Source: Planctomycetota bacterium (GTDB lineage: Bacteria; Planctomycetota; Phycisphaerae; WQYP01). Taken from it: 64,000 nucleotides of DNA. Of the stretch, positions 9,829 to 20,667 are shown piece by piece (the first letter of the stretch is position 1; each line of letters starts with the position of its first letter). Below the pieces are notes generated by a model. It was not told the DNA's origin and made no database searches. It was given only the letters and a program-made list of their open reading frames with translations. The translations under genes and the position numbers were made by a program. The DNA lies in contig JAJYZF010000004.1 of the NCBI GenBank assembly GCA_021800165.1, positions 3,296 through 67,295 on the forward strand, read 5' to 3'.

Positions 9829-11495
9829 TGATCAAAACACTCCATTGGTACTTTCTGCGCGAACTGGGACGCATTTTTGTGTTGACCACCGGCGTGCTTA
9901 CCACCATTCTGGCATTCGGTGGTACCTTCAAACCGCTCACCAAACAGGGATTAACCTTGGTTCAGCTCATGCGGGTGCTGACCTATCTTATGCCCGCGAT
10001 GCTGGCCTATTCCATTCCGCTGGCCGCCCTTTTTGCGGCCGTCATGGTCTATTGGCGGTTAAGTACGGACAACGAAATCACCGGAGCCAGAGCCAGCGGA
10101 ATCAGTTTTCAATTCTTACTGGTGCCGGCGCTGGTGCTGGGGCTGGCTGTGGCGGCAATCGACTTGGCCTTTGTTGATTTTGTGGTCCCCGCATTTCTAC
10201 AAAAATCGTCCCATGCCATTCAAAGTGATGTGGCCTCTGTACTTCTTGATCATCTCGACAAGCATGAACCCTTCCAGGTTGGGGATATGGTCGTCTACGC
10301 CAATCAAGCCTATCGAATTCCAGTGCCCAAGCAGCTCCAGCCGCCCCAGGGCATCCGCCGCACCATTCTTCAACTGCGCGGGTTGGCGGCCACCACCCTG
10401 ACCAATGGCAAGCCAACCGCGGTGGTGCTGGCCAAGGGTGCCAACGTGCTCATCGACAAGGTGCGCGCCCGCAACCAGGTGGAGGTAGCCGTCCAATTGG
10501 ATGATGGAACCGCCTTCGATCCCAACAGCGTCCGGCAGCTCCATGGCACCGTGCGTTATCTACCGGCGGACGGTAAACCTTATGTCATCGGATCCTTGCT
10601 GCAAAACGTCCCCAAGTTTTTCAGCATCACCAAGTTGAATCGCCTTTACCAGAACCCTTACCAGTTCCGGCCCATCGCCGCGCTTAAAAGCAATCTCGAC
10701 CGGCTGCAGCGCTTTGCCGCCGTGGGAAATAACTATCTGCGACAATACTCTCCTGCAAAAGCCCTGCGCTTCAACCGTTTGAATCGCGCCGCCGGCCATA
10801 TTGTCGTCTACGCCCCAGCGGCATTTGTGAACCCGGATGATGTGTTTTGCCTGGCCGCCCATGGCAACAAGACTATCCGCCTGTGGGTTTACCGACATCA
10901 CAAAGTTACCGTCATTTACACCGCCGATTTTGCCGCACTTACGCTTCATGGCAGTTGGAACGCTCAACAGTCGATCCGCGGTTCCCTTACCCTCTCGGGC
11001 AACGTACGCATGAATAATCCCTCCATTGGCAAGGGATTTCATGCCGGACCCGCCACCATCGTACTTGGTGACCTGGCCATTCCACACCAGTTTGCCACTC
11101 TTCCACCGACACCCCGCATCGGCCTGGCCCCGCTGACCGCAGCGGAATCGCCGACGATAGTTAACTTAAAAGCCCAAATCGCCCGGCACATCAGCAGACT
11201 CGATCATGTCATCGAATCGGAAGTGCAAAGTCGCCGTTCCTTCGCATTTTCCTGCCTGGTGTTGGTCATGCTGGGGGCGGCCTTGGGTATTTTGCTGCAA
11301 GGGCATAACCCCCTGGCCGTGTTCGTGGTCGGTTTTTTCCCCGCGATGATTCTGATTTTGCTCATCACTACCGGGCGCACCATGGTGGTGCGCGCCACCG
11401 GGTCGGCCATGCCCGGACTATGGGTAATCTGGATGGGCAATGGCATTATTGTCTTGCTGAACCTGATCGTGTATAGCAGGCTCCTGCGAAAATAA
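9825..11495 (+). CDS. LptF/LptG-family LPS export permease (YjgP/YjgQ), long form
   Basis: N-terminus LHWYFLRELGRIFVL. TM helices at both ends flank a large periplasmic domain. C-terminal helices. Confidence 0.7.
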   Translation: MMIKTLHWYFLRELGRIFVLTTGVLTTILAFGGTFKPLTKQGLTLVQLMRVLTYLMPAMLAYSIPLAALFAAVMVYWRLSTDNEITGARASGISFQFLLVPALVLGLAVAAIDLAFVDFVVPAFLQKSSHAIQSDVASVLLDHLDKHEPFQVGDMVVYANQAYRIPVPKQLQPPQGIRRTILQLRGLAATTLTNGKPTAVVLAKGANVLIDKVRARNQVEVAVQLDDGTAFDPNSVRQLHGTVRYLPADGKPYVIGSLLQNVPKFFSITKLNRLYQNPYQFRPIAALKSNLDRLQRFAAVGNNYLRQYSPAKALRFNRLNRAAGHIVVYAPAAFVNPDDVFCLAAHGNKTIRLWVYRHHKVTVIYTADFAALTLHGSWNAQQSIRGSLTLSGNVRMNNPSIGKGFHAGPATIVLGDLAIPHQFATLPPTPRIGLAPLTAAESPTIVNLKAQIARHISRLDHVIESEVQSRRSFAFSCLVLVMLGAALGILLQGHNPLAVFVVGFFPAMILILLITTGRTMVVRATGSAMPGLWVIWMGNGIIVLLNLIVYSRLLRK

Positions 11496-11532
11496 CCTTT
11501 AGAACCATGCGCCGCTGTTATTTGGATGTTCA

Positions 11533-12663
11533 ATGCGTTTGATTGATCGCTATATTGTTCGCAGTTTTCTCTTCAACTACCTGCTCGCTTTTACGGTGGT
11601 GGTGGGACTTTACATCCTCCTGGACCTGATTGTCAATTTTGATCAATTTACCCACGCCCAGGCTGTGGCCCATGCCGGTAACTGGTCCTCTTTTGCAGGC
11701 TTGGTCGGGGAAATCTCCAGCTTCTACATGTATCGCACGTTGCTGATTTTTCAGCAGGTGTGCGGCGTTATCCCCCTGCTGGCGGCTGGTTTTACCATGT
11801 TCCGCATGACCCGCAACCGCGAGCTTACAGCCCTGCTGGCCAGCGGCATTTCGCTCTATCGTGTGGCCGTGCCCATCATCATCTGCGCCATCGGCTTTAA
11901 TATGCTTGTCGTCTTGGATCAGGAAGTCCTCATGCCCGACAATATCAACAAGCTGTTGCGCACCCACAGCGAAGTGGATGCCGCCACGCTTCATCCGCAA
12001 CCAATTTACTTCATACCGGAAAGCGACAATTCTCTGGTCCTGGCATCTCGCTACAACCCGGCCACCAAAACTTTAACCGCCGTGCGAATCATTCAACGCA
12101 ACAAAGCCGGCCTCCCCATTTCCAGAATCATCGCCCGCCGCGCGGTCTGGAAACCAGATATCGGTGAAGGTCCTCATCCCGGTGGCTGGCTTATGACCGA
12201 TGTGACCCAAATCAATGACCTGAAAAGCCTGGATCCGGGCGAAATCCCCCGGCCGGAACACCACATGATTTACTATACCCCTCTGAATCCCCATCAACTC
12301 AAACTGATTTTCGCAAAAAAAACCGTCGATTATCTCTCCACCGCCCAAATCAACCGGCTGATGATGGACAGCCCCCCATCCACCCGCGATGCTCTGGAAA
12401 AAATCATGTACACCCGTTTCACGCAGTTGATAGTCAATCTACTCTTATTGCTTATTGGCATACCGTTTCTGCTCACCCGCGAACCCGGCGCCCTGATCAA
12501 AAACATGCTCGCATGTACCGTAGTTACCGGGATATGCTTTATCACGACGTTTGTGTTATTCCAATTGGCCGGCACCGCCGTTTCCCCCATCGTGGGGGCT
12601 TGGTTGCCGGTGCTGCTTTTCACTCCCCTGGCCGTGGTCATGCTCGAGGGCATCAAAACCTGA
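11533..12663 (+). CDS. LptF/LptG-family LPS export permease (second paralogue)
   Basis: N-terminus [15 protein letters not shown] and the same 3+3 TM architecture. The adjacent pair is typical of lptF-lptG. Confidence 0.7.
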   Translation: MRLIDRYIVRSFLFNYLLAFTVVVGLYILLDLIVNFDQFTHAQAVAHAGNWSSFAGLVGEISSFYMYRTLLIFQQVCGVIPLLAAGFTMFRMTRNRELTALLASGISLYRVAVPIIICAIGFNMLVVLDQEVLMPDNINKLLRTHSEVDAATLHPQPIYFIPESDNSLVLASRYNPATKTLTAVRIIQRNKAGLPISRIIARRAVWKPDIGEGPHPGGWLMTDVTQINDLKSLDPGEIPRPEHHMIYYTPLNPHQLKLIFAKKTVDYLSTAQINRLMMDSPPSTRDALEKIMYTRFTQLIVNLLLLLIGIPFLLTREPGALIKNMLACTVVTGICFITTFVLFQLAGTAVSPIVGAWLPVLLFTPLAVVMLEGIKT

Positions 12664-12782
12664 ACCAGGAATCGCCCAGTGCGGCCGCCCCCGCCGGCCC
12701 CTCCGCCTTTTCGCTTGCGCTCTTAGCCAAAATCGGTTATCATTCCCTTAGTTTTTCCCGTGGCAAGGCTGTTGAACCTTTC

Positions 12783-14570
12783 ATGAAAATTCGTAACTTT
12801 TGTATCATTGCTCATATAGACCACGGCAAGTCCACGTTGGCCGACCGGCTCTTGGAACGATCCGGTGCCATCACCGAACGCGAAATGCAGGCCCAATTTC
12901 TTGATGATATGGAACTGGAACGCGAACGTGGCATCACCATCAAAGCCAGCGCGGTCTCGGTCCGCTATCAGCTTGATGGCCAAGATTACATGCTCAACCT
13001 GATCGACACCCCCGGCCACGTCGATTTCCACTATGAAGTGGCCAAGGCCCTCCAAGCCTGTGAAGGTGCTTTGCTGGTGGTGGACGCCACGCAGGGTGTA
13101 CAGGCTCAAACCGTCGCCAATGCCTACGCCGCCATTGAAGCCGGTCTGGAAATTATTCCCGTCATCAATAAAATTGATCTACCCAGTGCGCGGCCCGATG
13201 AAGTGGCCGAAGAGATGGAGCAAGTCCTGGGCATCGACGCTCTCTCCTGCGTTCGCATATCCGCCAAAAGCGGCTTGGGAATTGACGACCTTTTTCGCGC
13301 CATCTGCCTCAAACTGCCCGGACCCCAAGGCGATGCCGACGCGCCGCTCCAAGCCCTGATTTTTGACAGCAAATATGACGAGTACCGCGGCGTAATTGTT
13401 TATGTCCGCGTCATGAATGGCCGCATCGGCATGGGCCAGAAAATTCGCATGATGGGCCAGCAGCGGGTTTATCAAATTACCGCAATGGGAAAATTCGCCC
13501 CCAAAACCATCTCCGTGCCCAATCTGGCCGCCGGAGAAGTCGGTTTCTTTGTCGCCAACATCAAGGCCTTGGGCGACGTTACCATTGGCGATACCGTCAC
13601 CGATGTCAACAATCCCGCCGCTGAACCCCTCGCCGGGTACCGCCCCCCCAAACAGATGGTTTACTGCGATTTTTACCCCGGGCCGGATACCGAGTACACC
13701 CAACTGCGCGAAGCCCTCGAGCGTTTGCGCCTCAACGATTCCTCCTTCACCTTTGAGCCTGAAAATTCCGACGCCTTGGGTTTTGGCTTCCGTTGTGGTT
13801 TTCTGGGATTGTTGCACATGGAAATTGTGCAGGAACGCCTGGAACGGGAACAAAAGGTGCAAGTCGTACAAACCGCCCCTACCGTGCCTTACGAGGTCGT
13901 ACTCAACGACGATACGGTTAAAACCATTGACAGCGCTTCGGAACTGCCGGATCCCAGCAAACTCAAGGAAATTCGCGAGCCGATGATTCGTGCCAATATC
14001 ATCATCCCCGGCGAAAATATTGGCGATATTTCCAAGCTCTGCCAAGATCGCCGCGGCGTTTACCGTAAGACTGAATATATTGGCCCCCAACGTGTGATTC
14101 TTGAATATGACCTCCCGCTGGCGGAGGTTATTTTTGATTTTTTCGATCGCCTGAAAACCGCCACCCGCGGCTACGGCACCCTCGATTACAACTTTTTGGG
14201 ATTCCAGGCCGATGATCTGGTACGTATGGATATTCTCGTCAATGGTCAGGCCATCGGTGCCTTAAGCCTGATTGTTCACAAATCCAAGGCCGAAAGCCGT
14301 GGCCGCGCCATCATCCGCAAGCTCAAAGCCGAAATCGGACGCCATCTCTTTGAAGTACCGCTCCAGGCCGCAATCGGTTCACGCGTCATCGCCCGCGAAA
14401 CCATCAGTGCCATGCGTAAAAATGTAACCGCCAAGTGCTACGGCGGCGACGTGAGCCGAAAACGCAAACTCCTGGAAAAACAAAAGGAAGGCAAAAAGCG
14501 CATGAAGCAGGTCGGACGGGTCGAAATTCCCCAGGAGGCATTCATGGCCGTACTCGAACCCGGCGAATAA
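12783..14570 (+). CDS. lepA: Elongation factor 4 (LepA)
   Basis: [24 protein letters not shown]... with full G-domain motifs and the LepA C-terminus. The ORF-track start at 12513 is a spurious upstream extension that overlaps lptG. Confidence 0.95.
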   Translation: MKIRNFCIIAHIDHGKSTLADRLLERSGAITEREMQAQFLDDMELERERGITIKASAVSVRYQLDGQDYMLNLIDTPGHVDFHYEVAKALQACEGALLVVDATQGVQAQTVANAYAAIEAGLEIIPVINKIDLPSARPDEVAEEMEQVLGIDALSCVRISAKSGLGIDDLFRAICLKLPGPQGDADAPLQALIFDSKYDEYRGVIVYVRVMNGRIGMGQKIRMMGQQRVYQITAMGKFAPKTISVPNLAAGEVGFFVANIKALGDVTIGDTVTDVNNPAAEPLAGYRPPKQMVYCDFYPGPDTEYTQLREALERLRLNDSSFTFEPENSDALGFGFRCGFLGLLHMEIVQERLEREQKVQVVQTAPTVPYEVVLNDDTVKTIDSASELPDPSKLKEIREPMIRANIIIPGENIGDISKLCQDRRGVYRKTEYIGPQRVILEYDLPLAEVIFDFFDRLKTATRGYGTLDYNFLGFQADDLVRMDILVNGQAIGALSLIVHKSKAESRGRAIIRKLKAEIGRHLFEVPLQAAIGSRVIARETISAMRKNVTAKCYGGDVSRKRKLLEKQKEGKKRMKQVGRVEIPQEAFMAVLEPGE

Positions 14571-14653
14571 GTCAGGAGGTCTCTTCCCGTCCCCCCACGG
14601 GCATCCGGGCAATAAGCAAAGCTCACCACCCCAAAAACCGGCCGGTAGGCATA

Positions 14654-15445
14654 ATGTCTTACCTGGCCAGCCCCGCCTTGACCGCCCGAAGTCTCAACCC
14701 TTTCATGGAGAATTTATTCATGCACCTGCGACAAAGCCTCTACCGACGTCTGGGCCGCTGGATCACCTGTGAATTTGAATTCAGCCGCGATGCCCGGCTC
14801 GGTTTACGCAATCGCTATGAAGTTGAAAGTTTTAAGGATGTGTTCTGCCATTTCTTCTATTGGCAGGTCTTCGGCACTCTGAAGTCTGCTCCGCGCTATA
14901 TTGTCGATTGCGGTGCCAATTGCGGTCACTTTGCCGTTCTAGCCGATCAGACGCTGCGCCGACGCTTTCCCGATTCCACCTGTGAATTCCTGCTCATTGA
15001 ACCCAATCCCCGGCTTGCACCCGTGCTCCGCCGAACCCTGCGCCAGGCCCACCTCAACGCCCGGGTGGTTCCAGCGGTCGTGGGTGCTAAACCCGGCCAG
15101 CAGACACTTTGGATTCACCCCCGCACTTACATGACCGCCAGCCTCGAGCCGTTTCGCGACGCCCGGCCATTTCCAGTTCAACAATTTGATCTTGCCGCGG
15201 AACTCCGCACCCGCCCCGCCGATCTGCTCAAGTTGGATATTGAGGGTGCGGAATTCCAATTGTTGGCGGATTTGGAAGACCAGTTTGAACGCATCAACGC
15301 TTTGGTGCTGGAAATTCACGGCCCAGTTGATCATCGAAAAGCCGAACTGGAGGCTCGTTTAGCCCGCGGTGGCTTTCACGCCCAGATCGGCCCACTCCCC
15401 CATTTTGACCATGAACTCGCCTTTTATACCCGTCAACCCCGGTGA
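14654..15445 (+). CDS. FkbM-family SAM-dependent methyltransferase
   Basis: IVDCGANCGHF (glycine-rich SAM motif) and LKLDIEGAEF, both typical of the FkbM family. ATG at 14654 (MSYLAS) chosen. Confidence 0.7.
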   Translation: MSYLASPALTARSLNPFMENLFMHLRQSLYRRLGRWITCEFEFSRDARLGLRNRYEVESFKDVFCHFFYWQVFGTLKSAPRYIVDCGANCGHFAVLADQTLRRRFPDSTCEFLLIEPNPRLAPVLRRTLRQAHLNARVVPAVVGAKPGQQTLWIHPRTYMTASLEPFRDARPFPVQQFDLAAELRTRPADLLKLDIEGAEFQLLADLEDQFERINALVLEIHGPVDHRKAELEARLARGGFHAQIGPLPHFDHELAFYTRQPR

Positions 15446-15477
15446 ACACCTTAAATCCGCCGGAGCGGCCCCATCGC

Positions 15478-15695
15478 CCTGGGCTGACGAAAATATCCGC
15501 CACTTCTCATCTCCCGAGGCCTCGGGATTGCGCCGTCGTCCAGCCCGGTCCCGAAGACTTTCGGGATTTGGCCGTGGCGTCCCGATGGATCGGGACTTCC
15601 GCCGGGCAAACAAAATGCAAAATCACCGTCTGCTCCCGCCGCCGAATCCCCCAACGCGCAACAGAATCAACTTTCGCACCACCCCCGTTATTTGC
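15478..15695 (+). repeat. Structured intergenic repeat, copy A (~218 nt). Candidate structured ncRNA or REP-like element
   Basis: About 90% identical to 21227-21443. Contains a long-range helix GGGCUGACG/CGUCGUCCAGCCC that encloses the palindrome CCCGAGGCCUCGGG, then hairpins CCCGAAGACUUUCGGG and CCCGAUGGAUCGGG. Lies between convergent genes. Confidence 0.6.
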
Positions 15696-15756
15696 CCAAT
15701 TCTCAAGGTTTTCATCAGTCCACCATCGCCCTCCTCCGGCCTGGTACCGCAGCCCG

Positions 15757-18372
15757 TCAAACCTGCCCAAGTATCTTCAGCCGCAACGGGTTATGTGAAC
15801 CGATGATCCGCTCCCGCCCCAGATCGGCTTTCCCAAAAGCGGCCAGTTCCACCGTTTTTAGCTTCACTGTGCCTCCCAAAACGGACACGGTTACCTCGGC
15901 GGCACCACCCGCCTTTTTCTTGATCGCCACGGTACCCCAGGCATATCCGGTGGACCAAAACCAGGTTGCTGATTTTTCCGCCGGCGGATTGAACACCATG
16001 CTTCCCGTTACGCCCGAATAATGAAAGCCCGTCAGGGCCAGCACAGTTCCCCATGCCGCCATCGGCCGTACATAATGATGCCCGCATTCCGGTTCATCAA
16101 ATGGCGAGCGCTTTTTGCCGTCGTGCCGGGCACGAACCGTTTTCACAATTTTAACCGCGTCCCCGATGCGCCCGGCATAGATGAGTTCCGTCGCCGCGGC
16201 ATATTCAAAGCCGCTCCATACCTCATGGCAGTACGGAAATGGAAATTGCGGCCTTTTACCCCGCGGATACGTACATACCAACATTCCCCCTTCCTCATTG
16301 AGCGCATACGTGCGTAGATGATTGAAATGACCGAACATCGACGACTTAAAATTATATTTCATCAGCGACTGCAGCGCCTTTTGAACATGCTCCCGCCGCG
16401 CCAGATCCCCCAGGCCCAGCACATGGGCCATCGTCTGTCCCACCAATTGATCCGCCAGACAACCCGCGCCGATCTGATGTACCGGATTGTGCAGATCTCT
16501 CTCCCCGATATTCCACATCAGCTCCGGATGAATGGCCGATGTATCCTCCGGCGGCAAAATTTGCTGCTCATAATATTCGCCGTTAAAAAGATGCTTATCC
16601 AGCCATTGCGACCCCCGAGCAAAAATATCCCGGCACTTCCGGGCCAGCGCATCCTCCCCCAGATATCCAGCCATCTCCTCCACCGCCCGCAACGCTCCCA
16701 GATACCAAAAGCCCACCTCCGGATTCGGGCCGAAATATTCCACATCCATCGTATTGTGCTGCGATCCCTCCATCACCCCGTCCTGATCGCCATCCCATCC
16801 ATGCTTGAGCCAGCAGAATTCCATCGCTTTACGGGCGCTGGGCCAACATTTTTTCAAGAATTCATCATCCCCGGAAAGCTGCCATTCCCGGTACAGCCGC
16901 ATCAAAGTGCCCATTTGGCCGTCCGCGGCCGCACCCTTCCACTCGCGCCCTTGGCTAAGTACCGGCAAACCCACCCGAAAACTCATCAGCCCCGTATCGC
17001 CCGTGGCCACATTAAAATCTGTATCACGCATCGACTTGGCCAACTGACCAAACACAAACGCCGTGGTCTGTTCATAGTTCCATACATGCGTGCATGATCC
17101 ATGGCAGCATCCCCCCAGATCATGGCACCCCTCCCAACCAAAAAACCGCCCATCCGCGGTCCGAAAGCACGTCTCGGTGCGCAGCGTGCTTAAATTAAAC
17201 AGGGCCGCTTCCTTTACCGCCTCCGGCAAGTCACTACCGCAAAATGCCTCGACAAACTCCACCGTCTTGGCTTCCAACCGCGGCAAGTCCCGGGCCGTGC
17301 GCACCGCAACATCCCAGGCATCCGCATATTGCGTGCAATAATAATTACCGACCTCTTCAAAAATCTTCTTGGCCTGAACTTCAGCCTCGGTTGCCGTAGG
17401 CGGCAAGTCCGGCAGCTTGGCCCAGCCGCTGCGATTGGGAAAATGCCAGGTGATCATGAAAGTCACACTACGGACCGATTTTGCCGGAACCTGTATCCGT
17501 ACCGCCAGTGAAGCCCGAGGATTCTGCTGCCCGTCACGTTGTCGATTTTCCAGCCTTCCGTCACCCGAAAAATCATCCCAGAAATCCAGCAGGCTGTTGC
17601 CCCAATCCAATTTTCCCCATGCTTCCCGATACGTCACCCCCCTCTCGGCGGTCGTAGTCAAAGCCAGGCTGCCCCATTGCGCAGCCGTTTTCTCCAACCC
17701 TTCCGAATACATGTACAACCCTTGTACCTTGGCATCCTTTCTGAAAACATTTCGGTTTTCGCGGGCCTGGCGATCATAGGCTTCGTAACCCTCAAAGTGC
17801 TTCTCGGGCGTCAGACGACCGTCCGCTCCGATAAAATTCGGCAACGCGCCGCATACCGACGCCGCCACCGGTTTGGACGAACGATTCTCCAGCACATACC
17901 GCAACACCATCACCGGAATCCCGCTGGCCTCCACATCCGTCGGTATCAGTGGATTGAACGTTTCCAGTCGCACATTCAGCGGAACATCCGGATCCGACAT
18001 CACCACTTGCCCCAGCGGATACGCCCCCTGAAACTCACACTTGCGGAACCGCGGAAGCATGGCGTTAACGACCTCCGTTCCGTGCCCTTTTCCGTCATAT
18101 TGCTCCGGGCCGATAATGCCCTCCAGAGCGCGCGTCACGGTTTTTCCCACGGCATCCTTGGTCCACAAAGCAAAAAAGCACGCGGCCTGCCGACCCTGCA
18201 CCAGATCAAAGCCCTTCGCCGGGCGATTGCAAATCTCCCAATCACGCAGGTTGCCGCGCCCGCCAATGGAAATGGTTCCCGTTCCGATACCCCCCACCGG
18301 CATGGCAAGATGAGCCAGGTGGCTTTGCGGATAAGATTTCAGGACCGGCCAGACCATTGTTTTCGTCTTCAT
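15757..18372 (-). CDS. Glycoside hydrolase family 116 (GBA2-type beta-glucosidase/glucosylceramidase-like)
   Basis: 871 aa. N-terminal GGIGTGTISIGGRG motif and a six-hairpin catalytic domain typical of GH116. AGGAG RBS before the ATG at 18370-18372. The ORF-track start is a TTG one codon upstream. Confidence 0.85.
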   Translation of the reverse strand: MKTKTMVWPVLKSYPQSHLAHLAMPVGGIGTGTISIGGRGNLRDWEICNRPAKGFDLVQGRQAACFFALWTKDAVGKTVTRALEGIIGPEQYDGKGHGTEVVNAMLPRFRKCEFQGAYPLGQVVMSDPDVPLNVRLETFNPLIPTDVEASGIPVMVLRYVLENRSSKPVAASVCGALPNFIGADGRLTPEKHFEGYEAYDRQARENRNVFRKDAKVQGLYMYSEGLEKTAAQWGSLALTTTAERGVTYREAWGKLDWGNSLLDFWDDFSGDGRLENRQRDGQQNPRASLAVRIQVPAKSVRSVTFMITWHFPNRSGWAKLPDLPPTATEAEVQAKKIFEEVGNYYCTQYADAWDVAVRTARDLPRLEAKTVEFVEAFCGSDLPEAVKEAALFNLSTLRTETCFRTADGRFFGWEGCHDLGGCCHGSCTHVWNYEQTTAFVFGQLAKSMRDTDFNVATGDTGLMSFRVGLPVLSQGREWKGAAADGQMGTLMRLYREWQLSGDDEFLKKCWPSARKAMEFCWLKHGWDGDQDGVMEGSQHNTMDVEYFGPNPEVGFWYLGALRAVEEMAGYLGEDALARKCRDIFARGSQWLDKHLFNGEYYEQQILPPEDTSAIHPELMWNIGERDLHNPVHQIGAGCLADQLVGQTMAHVLGLGDLARREHVQKALQSLMKYNFKSSMFGHFNHLRTYALNEEGGMLVCTYPRGKRPQFPFPYCHEVWSGFEYAAATELIYAGRIGDAVKIVKTVRARHDGKKRSPFDEPECGHHYVRPMAAWGTVLALTGFHYSGVTGSMVFNPPAEKSATWFWSTGYAWGTVAIKKKAGGAAEVTVSVLGGTVKLKTVELAAFGKADLGRERIIGSHNPLRLKILGQV

Positions 18373-18400
18373 CAAAAACTCCTGTTGGATAATCTCAAAC

Positions 18401-19486
18401 TTAATTTACTTCCAGTTGATCGCGCTGCGGCAGCGGCGGAAAAGGTGTTGTCGGCAACGTTTGATACCAGTACGCCACCGACGCTATATCATCCTGCAAC
18501 GGCAGATAGCGCCCGCCCGATCGCCACCCCAAGGCCTGAATCGTCACCCGCAGGTTCTCCTCAAAACGCACCGGATCCATGATGTGCCAGCGATACAACC
18601 CGAAACGCTGCTGCGCTTCATACAATCCGTTGGGCCTCCACACCTGCGATAGTCCCGCATACGGCGTGCTGAATTCCTGGTACTGATGCGTCACCTGATT
18701 TTCAAAATTGTAGCTGCCGCAGAAATAATCCTCCGTACCCGTGCCGCAGATGGTGGGAAACCGCCCATCACCATCCATAAAAAATTTGATTTCCCCTTCA
18801 CCCCACCACCCATTGCTGTTGACCCCCCATGCCATATACGTGCCCACGTATTGTCCACGGCCCGCCACCCCGTCCACAATGGTGTACACCTGCTTATACG
18901 GCAGCGGATTCACCCGTCGAAACTGCGCATGAAAATAGGCCGCGTCATCCGGAACCTCCGTCAGCGTATAGTTGATCTGGTAATACAGACTCATCTCCGT
19001 ATCGGCGATATTCGTCATGGTGATACGACACTTGCGACGAAACGGCATTTCCCAGTAACAATTCAGCGCGCTACCGGGATTCACACAGATCGCCAGCGAC
19101 GACAGCGGCGAAAATCGATTCCACCCGCACGCAAAAAAATCCCCCACCGGACATTCCACCGAAGGCACGGTCTGGTCATCCCAGTACATCCGCAAAATCG
19201 CGAATCTCCAGTGCCCTCCCGGCGTCATCCAGATCTGCTGAATAGCGCCCGAACCGTTTATTTCCGCCAGCGTGAAAGTCGCTCCGGCGGCAATTTTGAT
19301 GTACGGCGATACCTTCCAGCCCTGGCCAAGATCGCGCGCCGCCGGTGCCGCCGGACCATCCGTGGACATGCCGGCTTTCCCCTTCTCTCCGCTGAAATTC
19401 TCCGGACTAATCGAGCGCGTTTTAGCGGCCGAAAGCCGTGATAAATTTCCCAGGTTCATTCCCAAACCATTAAATGAGGTTGTCAT
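18401..19486 (-). CDS. DUF2961 / glycoside hydrolase family 172 protein
   Basis: GTGTEDYF motif and DUF2961 length. ATG at 19484-19486 (MTTSFNGLG) with an AGGA RBS. Confidence 0.75.
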   Translation of the reverse strand: MTTSFNGLGMNLGNLSRLSAAKTRSISPENFSGEKGKAGMSTDGPAAPAARDLGQGWKVSPYIKIAAGATFTLAEINGSGAIQQIWMTPGGHWRFAILRMYWDDQTVPSVECPVGDFFACGWNRFSPLSSLAICVNPGSALNCYWEMPFRRKCRITMTNIADTEMSLYYQINYTLTEVPDDAAYFHAQFRRVNPLPYKQVYTIVDGVAGRGQYVGTYMAWGVNSNGWWGEGEIKFFMDGDGRFPTICGTGTEDYFCGSYNFENQVTHQYQEFSTPYAGLSQVWRPNGLYEAQQRFGLYRWHIMDPVRFEENLRVTIQALGWRSGGRYLPLQDDIASVAYWYQTLPTTPFPPLPQRDQLEVN

Positions 19487-19605
19487 ATCTTTATCCTGTA
19501 AAAAAAGTTTCCTACGCCTTACACGTAAAAAAAACGATCCACCCACAACAATCCCGCAAGAAGGTTATCGCTTTTATCATTCGCGCGGACTCGCCGGAGC
19601 CGCTG

Positions 19606-20667
19606 TTATGCGTGGTGCGCACCGCTCCAATCGAAAATCGCCGAAAATCGCGTTCGCTCACGCAGGCCTGCATACGCTTCCGCGGCCTGCTTGTACGGTG
19701 CCACCAGATCAATAAAGTGCGCCGGATCAATACGCTTTGTCCGTATAGCCTCCACCGCTGCCTGCCTGTCTTCCACGCCGCGGTCAAACGGGCTGGCAAT
19801 AATCGCCGCTTCCCCCGGTATAAAGCCAAACGGATTCAGCGTGATCTTATCAATGTAATTCGCCTGCATGACGATTCGCGGCCAGTCACCATGGTAGAAG
19901 CTAATCGGCTCCTTCACATATTGCGTGCCGTACGCTTGCGGCTTTCGCCGAACAAGCTTATAGGCCAGCTCCACTCCGGGAATAACCCCGGACGCCTCCA
20001 CCACAATATCCGCTCCATTGTTGCAAAATACACCCACACGCTCGGCGATATCCGCGTCGCGCGCCGAAAACGCCGCCGCCACCCCAAAATTCAAGGCCCG
20101 CTCCAGCCGGCTTTCCTCCAGATCAACCACACAGACGCGGCAACCGCGGCTGACCAGCCACGCCGCCGAAAACGCTCCGATCATCCCCTGCCCGATCACC
20201 ACCGCCGTTTCACCCACTACCGGGCGCGCCGCCTCGACGCCGCGCAGGCTGATCGCCGCCACCTCCGCAATTGCATAATCCCTTGGCTCGGCACCTTTCG
20301 GCAGCAGTACCGGACGATCTTCCCCGCTCGTGCGATACAGGTGCATGGACGCCTGCCCGCCCCACTGCGATTTAATGCCGGCAATCGCTTTCGGATTGCG
20401 CCCCGTAATCCAATCCCCGACCCTCCATCCTTTCACCTCCCGTCCTACTTCCACCACCTGCCCCACCACGCAATATCCGGGAATCAACGGATAGTTGCCC
20501 TCCGCGCCGTAATGCCCGCCCAACACCCGCAGTTCCGTCCCCGGCGACACCATCGTGTAGGCGGTTTTAACCACAATTTCATCCGCACCGCAGGCCTCAA
20601 GCGCAAACTGCCCGTGGGTCACAGAATTCTTCGCCTGGAATACAATCGCTTCACACGAATTTTTCAT
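19606..20667 (-). CDS. Zinc-dependent medium-chain alcohol/polyol dehydrogenase
   Basis: GroES-like N-domain, Rossmann fold GQGMIGAFSAAWLVSRGC, zinc-ADH fold. First gene of the minus-strand operon with GH172 and GH116. Confidence 0.75.
   Translation of the reverse strand: MKNSCEAIVFQAKNSVTHGQFALEACGADEIVVKTAYTMVSPGTELRVLGGHYGAEGNYPLIPGYCVVGQVVEVGREVKGWRVGDWITGRNPKAIAGIKSQWGGQASMHLYRTSGEDRPVLLPKGAEPRDYAIAEVAAISLRGVEAARPVVGETAVVIGQGMIGAFSAAWLVSRGCRVCVVDLEESRLERALNFGVAAAFSARDADIAERVGVFCNNGADIVVEASGVIPGVELAYKLVRRKPQAYGTQYVKEPISFYHGDWPRIVMQANYIDKITLNPFGFIPGEAAIIASPFDRGVEDRQAAVEAIRTKRIDPAHFIDLVAPYKQAAEAYAGLRERTRFSAIFDWSGAHHA

Noticed and set aside
12513-12782. 270-nt upstream extension of lepA that overlaps the 3' end of lptG
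   Set aside because: The conserved LepA N-terminus ([18 protein letters not shown]) begins at the ATG at 12783. The extension is low-complexity.
16318-18582. Plus-strand ORFs (259 aa and 347 aa) inside GH116
   Set aside because: Antisense to a conserved 871-aa hydrolase. Biased His/Arg/Pro composition and no recognisable domain.
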